From an uncultured Methanosarcinales archaeon (lineage in GTDB: Archaea; Nanobdellota; Nanobdellia; Woesearchaeales; UBA11576), in contig CAZLYC010000006.1 of the NCBI GenBank assembly GCA_964563755.1, positions 3,099-67,098 of the forward strand: a DNA stretch of 64,000 nucleotides. Direction: 5' to 3'. Both the position numbers and the translations under genes were made by a program. The notes beneath the pieces are model-generated. The model ran no database searches. It had not been told where the DNA came from and worked only from the letters and a program-made list of their open reading frames with translations. The stretch's first letter is position 1, and the number at the start of each line of letters is the position of its first letter. Shown piece by piece: positions 53,763 through 62,797 of the stretch.

Positions 53763-55259
53763 ATGGAGAAAAGAGTGTTTTTGCTATTGTCTATAGCTAT
53801 TCTTATATGCAGCGCTTTCGCATATGCAGAAGTCATTCCAGCGCCGCCGTTCTTCATCAGCCTTGAAGCTGTGAACAACAAGATTGCAGACCCTGTGAAG
53901 GACTATGCTGAGTTCTATGTTGTTGTCGAGAACAAAGGCGAGATAAAAGATACATTCAAGCTTCTTTATCTTGAGGACCCTAAGTGGTCTTTCCAGGCGT
54001 TGCCTGATCCTATAAGCAGGCAGATAACTGTGCTGCCCGGCGAGACAGGCAAAATACACATCCTTGTCAAGGGTAATGTCGGGTATGGGATGCATTGGAT
54101 AAGGGTTTCTGTAGAATCTGTGAAGACAGGGAAGATATCGGAGGATGTTATGAAGATCCAGGTTGGAAAGAGTGTGCCTTACGTCACTCCAGAGCCTGAT
54201 TTTGACGTAGATGTTTCTGTTCCTTCTCAGATGGACCCGAAAGGGACTTACACAATACTTGTCAACTTGAAGAATAATAATGCGAGGCTTCTTGAGGATG
54301 TTGATATCAAGCTATCAAGCAGCATAGTCAATGAAGAGACAAAAGCGACTGTCAATCCTAACGAGACCAAGAGCGCTTCTTTTGCAGTGCTCCTTATGGA
54401 CAACATAATGCCCCAGCAAGACCAGCTGCACGTCGTCGTCACATACCAGAACGAGACGTTCTATGAGGGCGACCACAATTTCGAGGTCGTCGAGTACATG
54501 CCTCCTTTCAAGACTGATGTGAAGGTCGAGAAGAAGTTCCTGAGGCAGGTCAGGACTATAACAATAACTAATGATGGCAATGTCTTAAAAGATGATGCTG
54601 TGAAGATAGAGACGTCTCTTAAGGAGAAGTTCTTCTCAAGAGCAGTGCCTAAATTCAGCACAGTGAAGGAAAACGGGAAGTATTACTTCTCATGGCCTGC
54701 TTCTCTTCAGCCGAATGAGTCGATGGAGATAAAGCTGACCACAAGCTACAGGATACTGTTGCTTTTTGCGCTTGCCATACTTGTCTGGCTCGGATACAGG
54801 CTCGCGACTTCAAACCCCTTAGTGGTGATGAAGAAGGTGACCGCGGTCAGGAAACATAATGGCGCGATATCTGATTTCTCTGTCGTGATAAAGCTAAAGA
54901 ACAGGGGGAACGAGAAAGTATCCACAATAAGGGTCATTGAGCGGGTGCCGAGGATGGTCAAGCTCAAGCAGGATTCTTTTGAAGGTTCTATGCATCCTGT
55001 GAAGATGCACACGCATGACAGGGAAGGCGCGTTGTTGGAGTACAGGTTCGGTGAGATTTCGCCAGGTGATGAGCGTATAATAAAGTACAAGGTCTATTCT
55101 GCCTTGCAGATATTCGGCTTGTTCACAATGAAGCCTACTGTCGCGGAGTTCCTGACAAAGAAGGGGGCCAAGAGGACTTCACGCTCTAACAGCGTGACTG
55201 TGGGTTCTGATGAGCCTGCACCCAAGGCTAATATCGTTCTTAATGCGAAGAAGAAATAG
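53763..55259 (+). CDS. Exported beta-rich protein with a C-proximal TM segment, hypothetical
   Basis: Signal peptide MEKRVFLLLSIAILICSAFAYA. TM YRILLLFALAILVWLGYRLA. The track ORF start at 53487 lies inside the repeat elements and was rejected. Confidence 0.55.
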   Translation: MEKRVFLLLSIAILICSAFAYAEVIPAPPFFISLEAVNNKIADPVKDYAEFYVVVENKGEIKDTFKLLYLEDPKWSFQALPDPISRQITVLPGETGKIHILVKGNVGYGMHWIRVSVESVKTGKISEDVMKIQVGKSVPYVTPEPDFDVDVSVPSQMDPKGTYTILVNLKNNNARLLEDVDIKLSSSIVNEETKATVNPNETKSASFAVLLMDNIMPQQDQLHVVVTYQNETFYEGDHNFEVVEYMPPFKTDVKVEKKFLRQVRTITITNDGNVLKDDAVKIETSLKEKFFSRAVPKFSTVKENGKYYFSWPASLQPNESMEIKLTTSYRILLLFALAILVWLGYRLATSNPLVVMKKVTAVRKHNGAISDFSVVIKLKNRGNEKVSTIRVIERVPRMVKLKQDSFEGSMHPVKMHTHDREGALLEYRFGEISPGDERIIKYKVYSALQIFGLFTMKPTVAEFLTKKGAKRTSRSNSVTVGSDEPAPKANIVLNAKKK

Positions 55260-55295
55260 ATATAAAATAATTTAAAATATTTTTTTATTCTATTT

Positions 55296-55874
55296 TTATC
55301 TGTTTCCGAAGTAGAAGAACTTCTCTATGGATACGTCTTCGGATTTGTAGCTGCCGCTCCTTGCGTGCGCTGTACTGGTCGTTGGCTGCGGCCTTACTGA
55401 ATGAGAAGGTATCTCGCTTCCTGGCTTGAACTGTGTCTGGCCTTCCTTGGCGTCCTTGTTCTTCAGAGGAGGAGAGACAACAGGGTTCTCCTTCAGGTTC
55501 TTGACCTGCTCTTTAAGGTCTGCAAGGTCAGTGAGCATGCTCATGATCTTGAGCGATAGGTCTCTCATCTGTTCGCCGTGGACATTGACTATACTAGTCA
55601 TCTTGCTAAGAGTCGTCTGCTGCTGTCCGACGAGCTTTTCAAACTCTCTCATAAGTTCGTCTTGCGGCACATTGCTGCTTACAGTGAAACTTTCCTGCAC
55701 AGGCGGGAGGGATTCTGCCTGCATCGTAACAGCAGGGGATACTAAGTCTGCCGCGCCGGACTCTACCTGCTGTGCAGCTTTTCTCATCGCATCATCCATC
55801 GTCGTTGATTGACCGTGCTTCATGAGCTCTCGGGCCAGGTTGCTTATCTTCTGGAATTTAGAAATATCGTCCAT
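55296..55874 (-). CDS. Hypothetical coiled-coil protein (192 aa)
   Basis: ORF only. Confidence 0.45.
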   Translation of the reverse strand: MDDISKFQKISNLARELMKHGQSTTMDDAMRKAAQQVESGAADLVSPAVTMQAESLPPVQESFTVSSNVPQDELMREFEKLVGQQQTTLSKMTSIVNVHGEQMRDLSLKIMSMLTDLADLKEQVKNLKENPVVSPPLKNKDAKEGQTQFKPGSEIPSHSVRPQPTTSTAHARSGSYKSEDVSIEKFFYFGNR

Positions 55875-55906
55875 TTCCTACACCTCATGTCTGCCTCTCT
55901 TGATGT

Positions 55907-56989
55907 CTAAAAGCCTAATCTCTGGAGCATTTCTAGGTCCCTTAATATATTAATCTTTTCTTTTTCAAAATGCGTGAATACCAAGTGCACTTTGTTGATA
56001 TCTATCCTCTCGGCGCCTGCTTCAAGCTTGAGTATTTCATGCAGCTGTTTCAGGCTGAGCTTCGCCTTTTTAAGCAGCGCATGGTCTTTCTTGTCGACAA
56101 GCTCCCACTTCTGTATGTTCCTGCGTATCTTCTCAAGGTAATCACGAAATATCTGCATGTCCTCTATGTGTATCTGAAGCAGCCTTTTTGCTTTTACATC
56201 ATGCTTCTTGGTCCTCTCGCTGCGAAGCAGGCTTACTATTTGTGATATATCTTCTATCTCTTTGCGTATCAAATCATCTTCCTGTCTAAGCATATCTGGC
56301 GAGAACCGGTGGTGTTGCTTCCTGAATATCTCTTTGAATGTTTTTTCAGAACTTCCGAGAGTATCGGCGATTTCAGGAATGTGCTGCTTGAGTTTTGCTA
56401 TACTTACATGCCATCCTTTGCCAGGTGTATGCGCAAGCCTGTGCTCTTTCATCTCTTCTATCACGTATCTTACTGCGTGGTCTCTTGTATCATGTGCGTT
56501 TCTCATTCGTAAGAAACGTTTCATAATGTCAAGGTATTGGTTCTGGCATTTTATAGAATCATACATGCGAGGATGATTGCTGTTGGCGAAAGCATGATAT
56601 ACATATAGTTCTGCTGCGATGAACAATGCTCTCTGTTTTCGTACATGGTTGTCGCCGAGGCCTCTTGTCACGACAATCACATTCCCGATATTGCCATGCC
56701 TCGCCTTGTCTATGCCGCTTGGCTCAAATTCCCACATTTTTGTGGCGCCGAGAGATGCGTGCTTCAGTATTATCTGGGATGTGCTGACATGCGCAGGCTT
56801 GAGCTGCTGCTTGCGCTTCATTGTCTTGTATATCTTTGACAGATAAGAATTTATCTCAAGCGCTATAAGCCGCTTGTAACCCTCTTTCTCTTCCTTGCTC
56901 ATCATTCCGTATATTTGTCTTATCATGTTTTGTCTTATCCTGTTCAGTCTTGTAAAATCATATTGTCGTGCTGAACTTTTCGCTTCCAA
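55907..56989 (-). CDS. Hypothetical protein (360 aa, basic and helical). The start may be the downstream Met near 56926
   Basis: Long ORF. The N-terminus overlaps the 3' end of the flavin-reductase gene by 32 nt. Confidence 0.5.
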   Translation of the reverse strand: MEAKSSARQYDFTRLNRIRQNMIRQIYGMMSKEEKEGYKRLIALEINSYLSKIYKTMKRKQQLKPAHVSTSQIILKHASLGATKMWEFEPSGIDKARHGNIGNVIVVTRGLGDNHVRKQRALFIAAELYVYHAFANSNHPRMYDSIKCQNQYLDIMKRFLRMRNAHDTRDHAVRYVIEEMKEHRLAHTPGKGWHVSIAKLKQHIPEIADTLGSSEKTFKEIFRKQHHRFSPDMLRQEDDLIRKEIEDISQIVSLLRSERTKKHDVKAKRLLQIHIEDMQIFRDYLEKIRRNIQKWELVDKKDHALLKKAKLSLKQLHEILKLEAGAERIDINKVHLVFTHFEKEKINILRDLEMLQRLGF

Positions 56990-57449
56990 GATATATCAGC
57001 CGTTTCTTGTCATTGTTATTCTGTTCTTTTATTACCTTGCCGACAAAGAATATGTGGTCTCCGGCATCGAAAGCGTCTATGACTTCGCATTCAAGGAATG
57101 CTGATGCTTCTCCTATCCTGCAGCAGTCTATTGTCTCGCATTCTTCTTTTGTGAGTCCTGACTTCATGAATTTGTCGACGTGCATGCCTGAGTTCTTTCC
57201 GCAGAATATGACTTTTTCCTTGAGTTCATGCGGGACGAAATTGACGGCGAATACCTTGCTTTCCTGTATCAGTGCGCATGAGAATCTGGACTTGCCTATG
57301 GAAATCCCATATAGCTTTGGGTCGAAACTGAGAGGACTGTGCCATGCAACTGTCATGATGTTGTCTTTGGTCATCTCTTTCCCGAACAGGCTGGTCTTTC
57401 CTCTTGTGCTTACAATTACCGCCTGTGCAGGGTATGGCGAGTCGAACAT
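56958..57449 (-). CDS. Flavin reductase-like domain protein (FMN-binding split barrel)
   Basis: AQAVIVSTRG...NIMTVAWHSPLSFDPKLYGISIGK...FAVNF pattern of the Flavin_Reduct family. Confidence 0.68.
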   Translation of the reverse strand: MFDSPYPAQAVIVSTRGKTSLFGKEMTKDNIMTVAWHSPLSFDPKLYGISIGKSRFSCALIQESKVFAVNFVPHELKEKVIFCGKNSGMHVDKFMKSGLTKEECETIDCCRIGEASAFLECEVIDAFDAGDHIFFVGKVIKEQNNNDKKRLIYLGSEKFSTTI

Positions 57450-57470
57450 GGCAAAACCACCTCAAGAGGT

Positions 57471-58259
57471 CTAGATTTCTTTACTTAAATCAAGGTATCC
57501 TTTCTTGCCTGCCTTGTGTATGTGATGTGTGCCTTCGAAATCACCCATCTTTATCACGCCTATTACCAGGAAAAGGACGAATACAAAATACTGGGCGTAA
57601 AATAGTTCGAAGTTCAGAGGCAGGTTTATGATATCTATCAGTATCATCGGTGTCGTAGAGAAGACTGACGCCCTGAATACATTGCCGAAGGTTATCTCGA
57701 ATTTGGCTATTCTGGCTATTATGAATGCGACGGCTGCCGCAAGCATTATGATGAGCAGTATCTTTATAGCATAGGCAAGATAGAATATGAACAGCAATGA
57801 CGGCAGCAACAAGAGTAGCAGCAGCACGACAATCCCTTCATTGTTGAGGAGGTTCTTGTATTCCTTAAGAGCATATTTGTCTATGTCTCCCATGACGCCT
57901 TTGACATACATATAATCATCAGTTATAAGGAATCTTCCTTCTTCGAGTTTACCTGTAGATTTTCTTGTGTCTACAGTTACGAAAGGGTCATTTTGAGGTA
58001 TTGACATCTCTTTCTTCATTGTTGTATTGAAACTCACCTCAAGCTTCTCGAAATTCGACATCTGTGTGCTTACAAAGCTGCCTATGACTGGCAGCATGAT
58101 TATTATTGATATGAAGAATGCCAGGAAAACGAATGAGAAAAGGTAGCCGAATACGCTTCTCATGCTTTTTTCTTTCAGTTCTGCGTATTTCCAAGGGAGC
58201 AAGGATAATCCAAGTGTCTTGAAGAAAGGTATTGGCACATATTCCCGGATAGGTTTCAT
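57471..58259 (-). CDS. Polytopic membrane protein, hypothetical
   Basis: About 5 TM helices including an LLLLLL tract. Confidence 0.5.
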   Translation of the reverse strand: MKPIREYVPIPFFKTLGLSLLPWKYAELKEKSMRSVFGYLFSFVFLAFFISIIIMLPVIGSFVSTQMSNFEKLEVSFNTTMKKEMSIPQNDPFVTVDTRKSTGKLEEGRFLITDDYMYVKGVMGDIDKYALKEYKNLLNNEGIVVLLLLLLLPSLLFIFYLAYAIKILLIIMLAAAVAFIIARIAKFEITFGNVFRASVFSTTPMILIDIINLPLNFELFYAQYFVFVLFLVIGVIKMGDFEGTHHIHKAGKKGYLDLSKEI

Positions 58260-58425
58260 TTTCGCACCTCGTTTTTCTTGGTTGGACCAAAGCAGGCCAT
58301 GTTTAAAAACTTTGTCATAGCCTCCAATAACTGCTTTTTAGAGGTTTAAATCAGTTTTCATGCATCAGGACGAATAGAAAAAGGTTTATATAATATAGAA
58401 ACAATATTTTTGCGGGGGTCGAGAG

Positions 58426-59112
58426 ATGGCGAGGGTTTACGCTTCTTTAAGTGCTGTAGCCGACAAAAGCAAGATAGGCAGCAGTCTGGAGATTGCGCTT
58501 AAGTCAGGCATCGATGGTGTTCATTTTGACATACTTGATGGCAGCATGATTGGCAGCAAGACTCCATACACTCCTGATTATTTTGCGAAGGTCGCTAATT
58601 TCTGCAGGACAAGATCTGACAAGTCTGATTTTGCATTAGAAGCGCACATAATATCAAAGGAACCTGGACTCCTGATTGACTCTTACATCAAGGCCGGCGC
58701 GAACAGGATATCTGTCCCGTATGAAGCTTACGAGGCAAATACAAAAGAATTGCTTGACCTGTTAAGGTCATTGAAAGGTCAAGCGAAGGCAGGAGTGTCT
58801 TTCTATGTTAATGAGATGTCAAAACCTCTTGATTTCAATATCATGATGACCGCAAACTACATACTCCTCGCAGGCTCTAAGACAGTCACAGATACTGCTC
58901 CTATGATGCCCGCAGCGTTAGGGCACGTGCAGAACATATCTTCGATGAAAAAGAGATATAATCCATCGCTTGAACTTGTTGTTGGAGGCGGAGTTACAGA
59001 AGGGAACGTAAAAGGGTTAAAAGATGCCGGTTCAGATATTCTTGTATTAGGAAATTTCCTTTGGAGTTCAGAGAAGCAAGTTGAGTTCATCAAGAAGGTG
59101 AAGGGTTACTGA
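58426..59112 (+). CDS. Ribulose-phosphate 3-epimerase-family TIM-barrel protein (divergent)
   Basis: GVHFDILDGSMIG (compare HxDxMDG.F.PN of RPE) and C-terminal VVGGGV...GSDILVLG. Confidence 0.55.
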   Translation: MARVYASLSAVADKSKIGSSLEIALKSGIDGVHFDILDGSMIGSKTPYTPDYFAKVANFCRTRSDKSDFALEAHIISKEPGLLIDSYIKAGANRISVPYEAYEANTKELLDLLRSLKGQAKAGVSFYVNEMSKPLDFNIMMTANYILLAGSKTVTDTAPMMPAALGHVQNISSMKKRYNPSLELVVGGGVTEGNVKGLKDAGSDILVLGNFLWSSEKQVEFIKKVKGY

Positions 59113-59710
59113 CCTGCTTACTGGTTTGCGATGCGGATTTGCTCTCAGGAACTGCCTTTTTCTCTGGATGCGCCTTGCATATGAATATGAGGTCTTTATC
59201 CTCCTGGACTATTTTCTTAACGCGGAAGTTGATTATTATGAGCTTTGTTATCTCATCTATCTGCTTCGATTTCCGGAGCAATGTTATGACAAACCTGTCC
59301 TTACCGACCCTCCTCATCTCCATTATTGCTTTTCTTATGTCTGTGAAATTATGTATTGATGTCACGCTTATGACTACATCAAAAGATTTGTCAGGGAAAG
59401 GTATAGCTTCAGCGGCTGCGACAGTGAATTCCTTTCCGGGATGCTTCTTTTTTGCTATGTCTATCAGTTCCTTGCTTGGGTCTATGCCGAAGCATTTCGC
59501 ACTCCATACAGACGTCGATATACCTGTTCCGCAACCTACATCAAGAAGGCGCTCGTTCTTTTTAGGCACATCCGCCCCAAGTGCAGCCACTATCTCTATC
59601 ATCTTGTTAAGCTGCTCTTCTGTATGGAGCTCGTCATAGCCCTGCGCTATATTATCATAATACTTGTCCATGCAGATATTTCTGTGCCCGGGCTTTATTA
59701 ATTTAATCAC
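59090..59710 (-). CDS. Class I SAM-dependent methyltransferase
   Basis: LLDVGCGTGISTSVW (motif I), DVVISVTSIHN (motif II/III). Confidence 0.7.
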   Translation of the reverse strand: MIKLIKPGHRNICMDKYYDNIAQGYDELHTEEQLNKMIEIVAALGADVPKKNERLLDVGCGTGISTSVWSAKCFGIDPSKELIDIAKKKHPGKEFTVAAAEAIPFPDKSFDVVISVTSIHNFTDIRKAIMEMRRVGKDRFVITLLRKSKQIDEITKLIIINFRVKKIVQEDKDLIFICKAHPEKKAVPESKSASQTSKQVSNPSPS

Positions 59711-59808
59711 TTAAGTGACCCTGAAATGCATTTTAAGTATGCCGAAACTTGATATAAATAAACAGGGCAATGACAAAGTTTAAATAACAAAAATCAATCA
59801 GCAGGGGC

Positions 59809-60066
59809 ATGTTTGAATTCAAGAAGTACAGGTTGCTGCTGCTCGGCATATTGGCTATATGCGCTGGAGCATTCCTTCTTGCGGAAGCGAGTTCGAAGCA
59901 AGCAAGGTGCGAGAGCCTGGGCGGACAGCTTGTCCAGCTGCTCGACATGGATACTAAGGAAGGTTGTGCGCAGGTTAAGGTCATGTTCATCTTCGCTTAT
60001 TCCGCCATAGCGATAGGCATAGCTCTTATCGTTTCTAATTTTGTCAAGAAACAAGGGAAGCGCTGA
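59809..60066 (+). CDS. Small membrane protein (85 aa)
   Basis: Two TM helices. The stop overlaps the next start (ATGA). Confidence 0.4.
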   Translation: MFEFKKYRLLLLGILAICAGAFLLAEASSKQARCESLGGQLVQLLDMDTKEGCAQVKVMFIFAYSAIAIGIALIVSNFVKKQGKR

Positions 60067-60938
60067 TGACACCCAGGCTTGAGCTTGAAGACGATATCGA
60101 TGACAGCGCGAAGAGGAATAAGATAATATCCCTCATTTCAAAGTACACAAGACACAAGTTCGTTAAGCTTGTCCAGCGCGGCAATGCCGCAATATTCTGT
60201 GCGCTGAAGATTGCATTGACAGAAAGCAATAGGAAGTTCATTCTCGTGCCTGACCAGGGAGGCTGGATTTCTTTTCTCACTTATCCGCAAATCCTTGGTT
60301 TTGATATAAGAAAAGTCAAGACCGACAAGGGCATCATTGACCTTGCACATCTTGAGAAAGAGTCAAAAGACTGCGCTGCATTTCTTGTGACGAGCTTCGC
60401 AGGTTATTTTGCAGAGCAGCCTATGGAAGAGATATCAAAAATCTGCAGGAAGAACGGATGCCTGCTGATTGAGGACGCTTCTGGCGCGATAGGCGACAAG
60501 ACCCTTTGTGACGGAAAGCTCTCGGATATCATAGTCGGAAGCTTCGGCCAGTGGAAGCCAGTGAACAACTGCTACGGCGGGTTCATTAGCGTTAAAGATA
60601 AGGGATTTTTTGAAAGGTCAAAAGATATTTTTTCGACAACAAATTTTTTCCCGGATTACGATTTACTGCTTAAGAAACTGGAAGCCGTGCCTGAGAGGTT
60701 GAAGAGCATGATCGCTCTCGCAGATGAGACAAAGAAAGAGCTATCAAAAGAGTTTCCTGGTTTGGAGTTGATGCATCCCGGTCGCAGGGGCCTTAATATA
60801 GCTATAAAAATAAGAAGCGATAAGGATAAAAAGGACATTGACTCTTACTGCAAGAAGAAATGTTTTAATTACGTTGAATGTCCTGAATACGCAAGGACCA
60901 ACGAAGATGCTATCGTGATTGAACTGAAACGCATTTAG
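60066..60938 (+). CDS. PLP-dependent aminotransferase-like protein (DegT/DnrJ/EryC1-like fold), unusually short (290 aa)
   Basis: NAAIFCALKIAL (compare taAlhlaL), LIEDASGAIG (compare IEDaAqahG), SFGQWKPVN (putative PLP-Lys region). Confidence 0.45.
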   Translation: MTPRLELEDDIDDSAKRNKIISLISKYTRHKFVKLVQRGNAAIFCALKIALTESNRKFILVPDQGGWISFLTYPQILGFDIRKVKTDKGIIDLAHLEKESKDCAAFLVTSFAGYFAEQPMEEISKICRKNGCLLIEDASGAIGDKTLCDGKLSDIIVGSFGQWKPVNNCYGGFISVKDKGFFERSKDIFSTTNFFPDYDLLLKKLEAVPERLKSMIALADETKKELSKEFPGLELMHPGRRGLNIAIKIRSDKDKKDIDSYCKKKCFNYVECPEYARTNEDAIVIELKRI

Positions 60939-60971
60939 AGGTGATGTAAGATTCTAAGAGAACCAGAAAGC

Positions 60972-61355
60972 ATGGAAGAAGTCATCTATTTCACGCAGCG
61001 TGATGTAGGCAACGGCTTTGCAAAAGCTTGGGTATACAAGGGACCGTGTCCAAAGTGCGGCAAAGGCAAGATGGGTAAGCCTGTCGAGAAGGGCAAGGTT
61101 AAGATACGAGCTAAGGAGTATGTCTGCCCTGAATGCAACTATACTGTCGAGAAGAAGGAGTATGAGGATACACTTGAGTGTGAGATAAAGTATACCTGTC
61201 CTGGATGCAAGTTCGTAGGTGAGACAAAGGTTCCTTTCAAAAGGAAGACGTTTGAAGGTATGAAAGCAATCGTATTCCTCTGCGAGAAATGCAAGATAAA
61301 GATTCCGATAACAAAGAAGATGAAGTCAAAGGGAGATCCGGACGACGACGAATAA
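60972..61355 (+). CDS. Multi-zinc-ribbon protein (four CxxC pairs)
   Basis: CPKCG...CPECN...CPGCK...CEKCK. Confidence 0.5.
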   Translation: MEEVIYFTQRDVGNGFAKAWVYKGPCPKCGKGKMGKPVEKGKVKIRAKEYVCPECNYTVEKKEYEDTLECEIKYTCPGCKFVGETKVPFKRKTFEGMKAIVFLCEKCKIKIPITKKMKSKGDPDDDE

Positions 61356-61384
61356 TTTTTTATATTTATTATTTCTATAACAAG

Positions 61385-61488
61385 CGCCGCTAATGCCATT
61401 GCGAGCTGGCGAAACAATCTTCTGATTAACGGTGTACTCAGATTAACTATGTTTAATCATATCTAAGCGAGCGGCATTTGCGGCGCGA
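61385..61488. repeat. GC-rich palindromic repeat element, type A
   Basis: GCGCCGCTAATGCCATTGCGAGCTGGC...GGTGTACTCAGATTAA...AAGCGAGCGGCATTTGCGGCGCG. Confidence 0.65.
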
Positions 61489-61495
61489 AAACGTT

Positions 61496-61590
61496 GCAAT
61501 GCCACGCTCGCAATGACAATAACATCGTCTTCGGCTGCCGAACTGCAATTCAAATAGAAGTATAATCTGAAGCTCGCTAGGTGGCATTGC
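61496..61590. repeat. GC-rich palindromic repeat element, type B
   Basis: TIR GCAATGCCAC...GTGGCATTGC. The reverse complement is about 85% identical to 20619..20713. Confidence 0.65.
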
Positions 61591-61596
61591 TTATAT

Positions 61597-61746
61597 TTAT
61601 TTGAGCACTGTCTTGCAGGTTATACATACCTGCGCGTCCTTCTCATCATCCCACTCAGTGGTTATTCCCCACTCTATCTTGGTCTCGCACTTTGGGCAGC
61701 GGGGCTCTAAGTGCTCTACGGAGTTGAAGAAATCGACGCCTTTCAT
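61597..61746 (-). CDS. Candidate small zinc-ribbon protein (49 aa)
   Basis: MKGVDFFNSVEHLEPRCPKCETKIEWGITTEWDDEKDAQVCITCKTVLK (C-x2-C-x19-C-x2-C). Not in the track (shorter than 60 aa). Confidence 0.3.
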   Translation of the reverse strand: MKGVDFFNSVEHLEPRCPKCETKIEWGITTEWDDEKDAQVCITCKTVLK

Positions 61747-61863
61747 TTTTTTATAGTCAAGTATGCTGTCTTCCGGATTTGTTTTCCAAATAGATATAGG
61801 TTATATCTGAAAAGAATACGTGTAAACTGGATTTAAAAAGGTTTTCTTTAAAGATTATATAAT

Positions 61864-62655
61864 TCACTCAAGAAAGTCGGTAGGTATTGCGTCTCTGAGG
61901 TATTTGATGTCAAAGTCCTGCTTGCCTTCAAGCACGGTCCTGCAGAGCAAAGCTATGTCGTAGAGATCTTTGTGGACTTTGTAGAAGCATACGTCAGGGT
62001 AGTTCTTTGCGAATTCATCTACTGTCATGTTCTCGAACGTCTCGCTCTCTTTTATTATGTGCTGTAGTTTGTATTGTAGGTCCTGGTTGGCAAGAAGGTC
62101 GAAGTTCTCATCCTGGAATGTCTCCCATTCTTCCTTGCATCTTCCTCTGATGTGGCCGTCTTTCTCAAACCTTCTCAGTCTCCTTGACTTGTTGGCCATT
62201 ATGTCCTCTATGCGATGGACAAGTATGTTGTAAGGCAGGCCTTCCTTGGTCATTGTCTTTGCGTTGTCTATCTCTCTTGATTTCCAGTCCTTGTGTTTGC
62301 CCAGGTAGGGTTTTGAGAATCTTGCGACGTGGATATAGAATGTTTTCCCGTCCTCTTTTGTAGCGACTTCGTGCGAGCCTCTTCCCTTGGACAGTATTGA
62401 AGGGTATCCTTGTGCAGCCATCCTGCAGGCGATATCTTTTCCAAGAGTATCCTTGAATTCTGCCGCAGACATCTGGTGCATGAATAATATGTCAACATCA
62501 TTTGTTGGGCGATACAGTTTAGGGTCAGTGCAGTACAGCTGGCAGGCTATTCCTCCGACTATGACAAGCTTCCTCTCAGGATTTCTCTCATTTATTTCCG
62601 TGAGAGTCTTTATCGAACTCTGCACGACTCTGTCTTCTAGGCTGAATTGCGCCAT
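61864..62655 (-). CDS. Nucleotidyltransferase-fold protein, AbiEii/DUF1814-like
   Basis: LVIVGGIACQLY...RPTNDVDILF matches the GGxA...R.S/T.D(I/V)D signature of minimal NTases of the AbiEii type. No AbiEi-like partner gene is adjacent. Confidence 0.45.
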   Translation of the reverse strand: MAQFSLEDRVVQSSIKTLTEINERNPERKLVIVGGIACQLYCTDPKLYRPTNDVDILFMHQMSAAEFKDTLGKDIACRMAAQGYPSILSKGRGSHEVATKEDGKTFYIHVARFSKPYLGKHKDWKSREIDNAKTMTKEGLPYNILVHRIEDIMANKSRRLRRFEKDGHIRGRCKEEWETFQDENFDLLANQDLQYKLQHIIKESETFENMTVDEFAKNYPDVCFYKVHKDLYDIALLCRTVLEGKQDFDIKYLRDAIPTDFLE

Positions 62656-62797
62656 CTGGAATACATCTCTATTTCAACACCGATTTTCTTTCCTTGCTTT
62701 GAAAAAATAATAAGCGCTTGCTTTTAAAGGTTTTGTTGCTCAAGAAAAGAGCTTAAAAAGCCTAAAAACACATTTAAACGAAGAATAAGCGTCTTGT

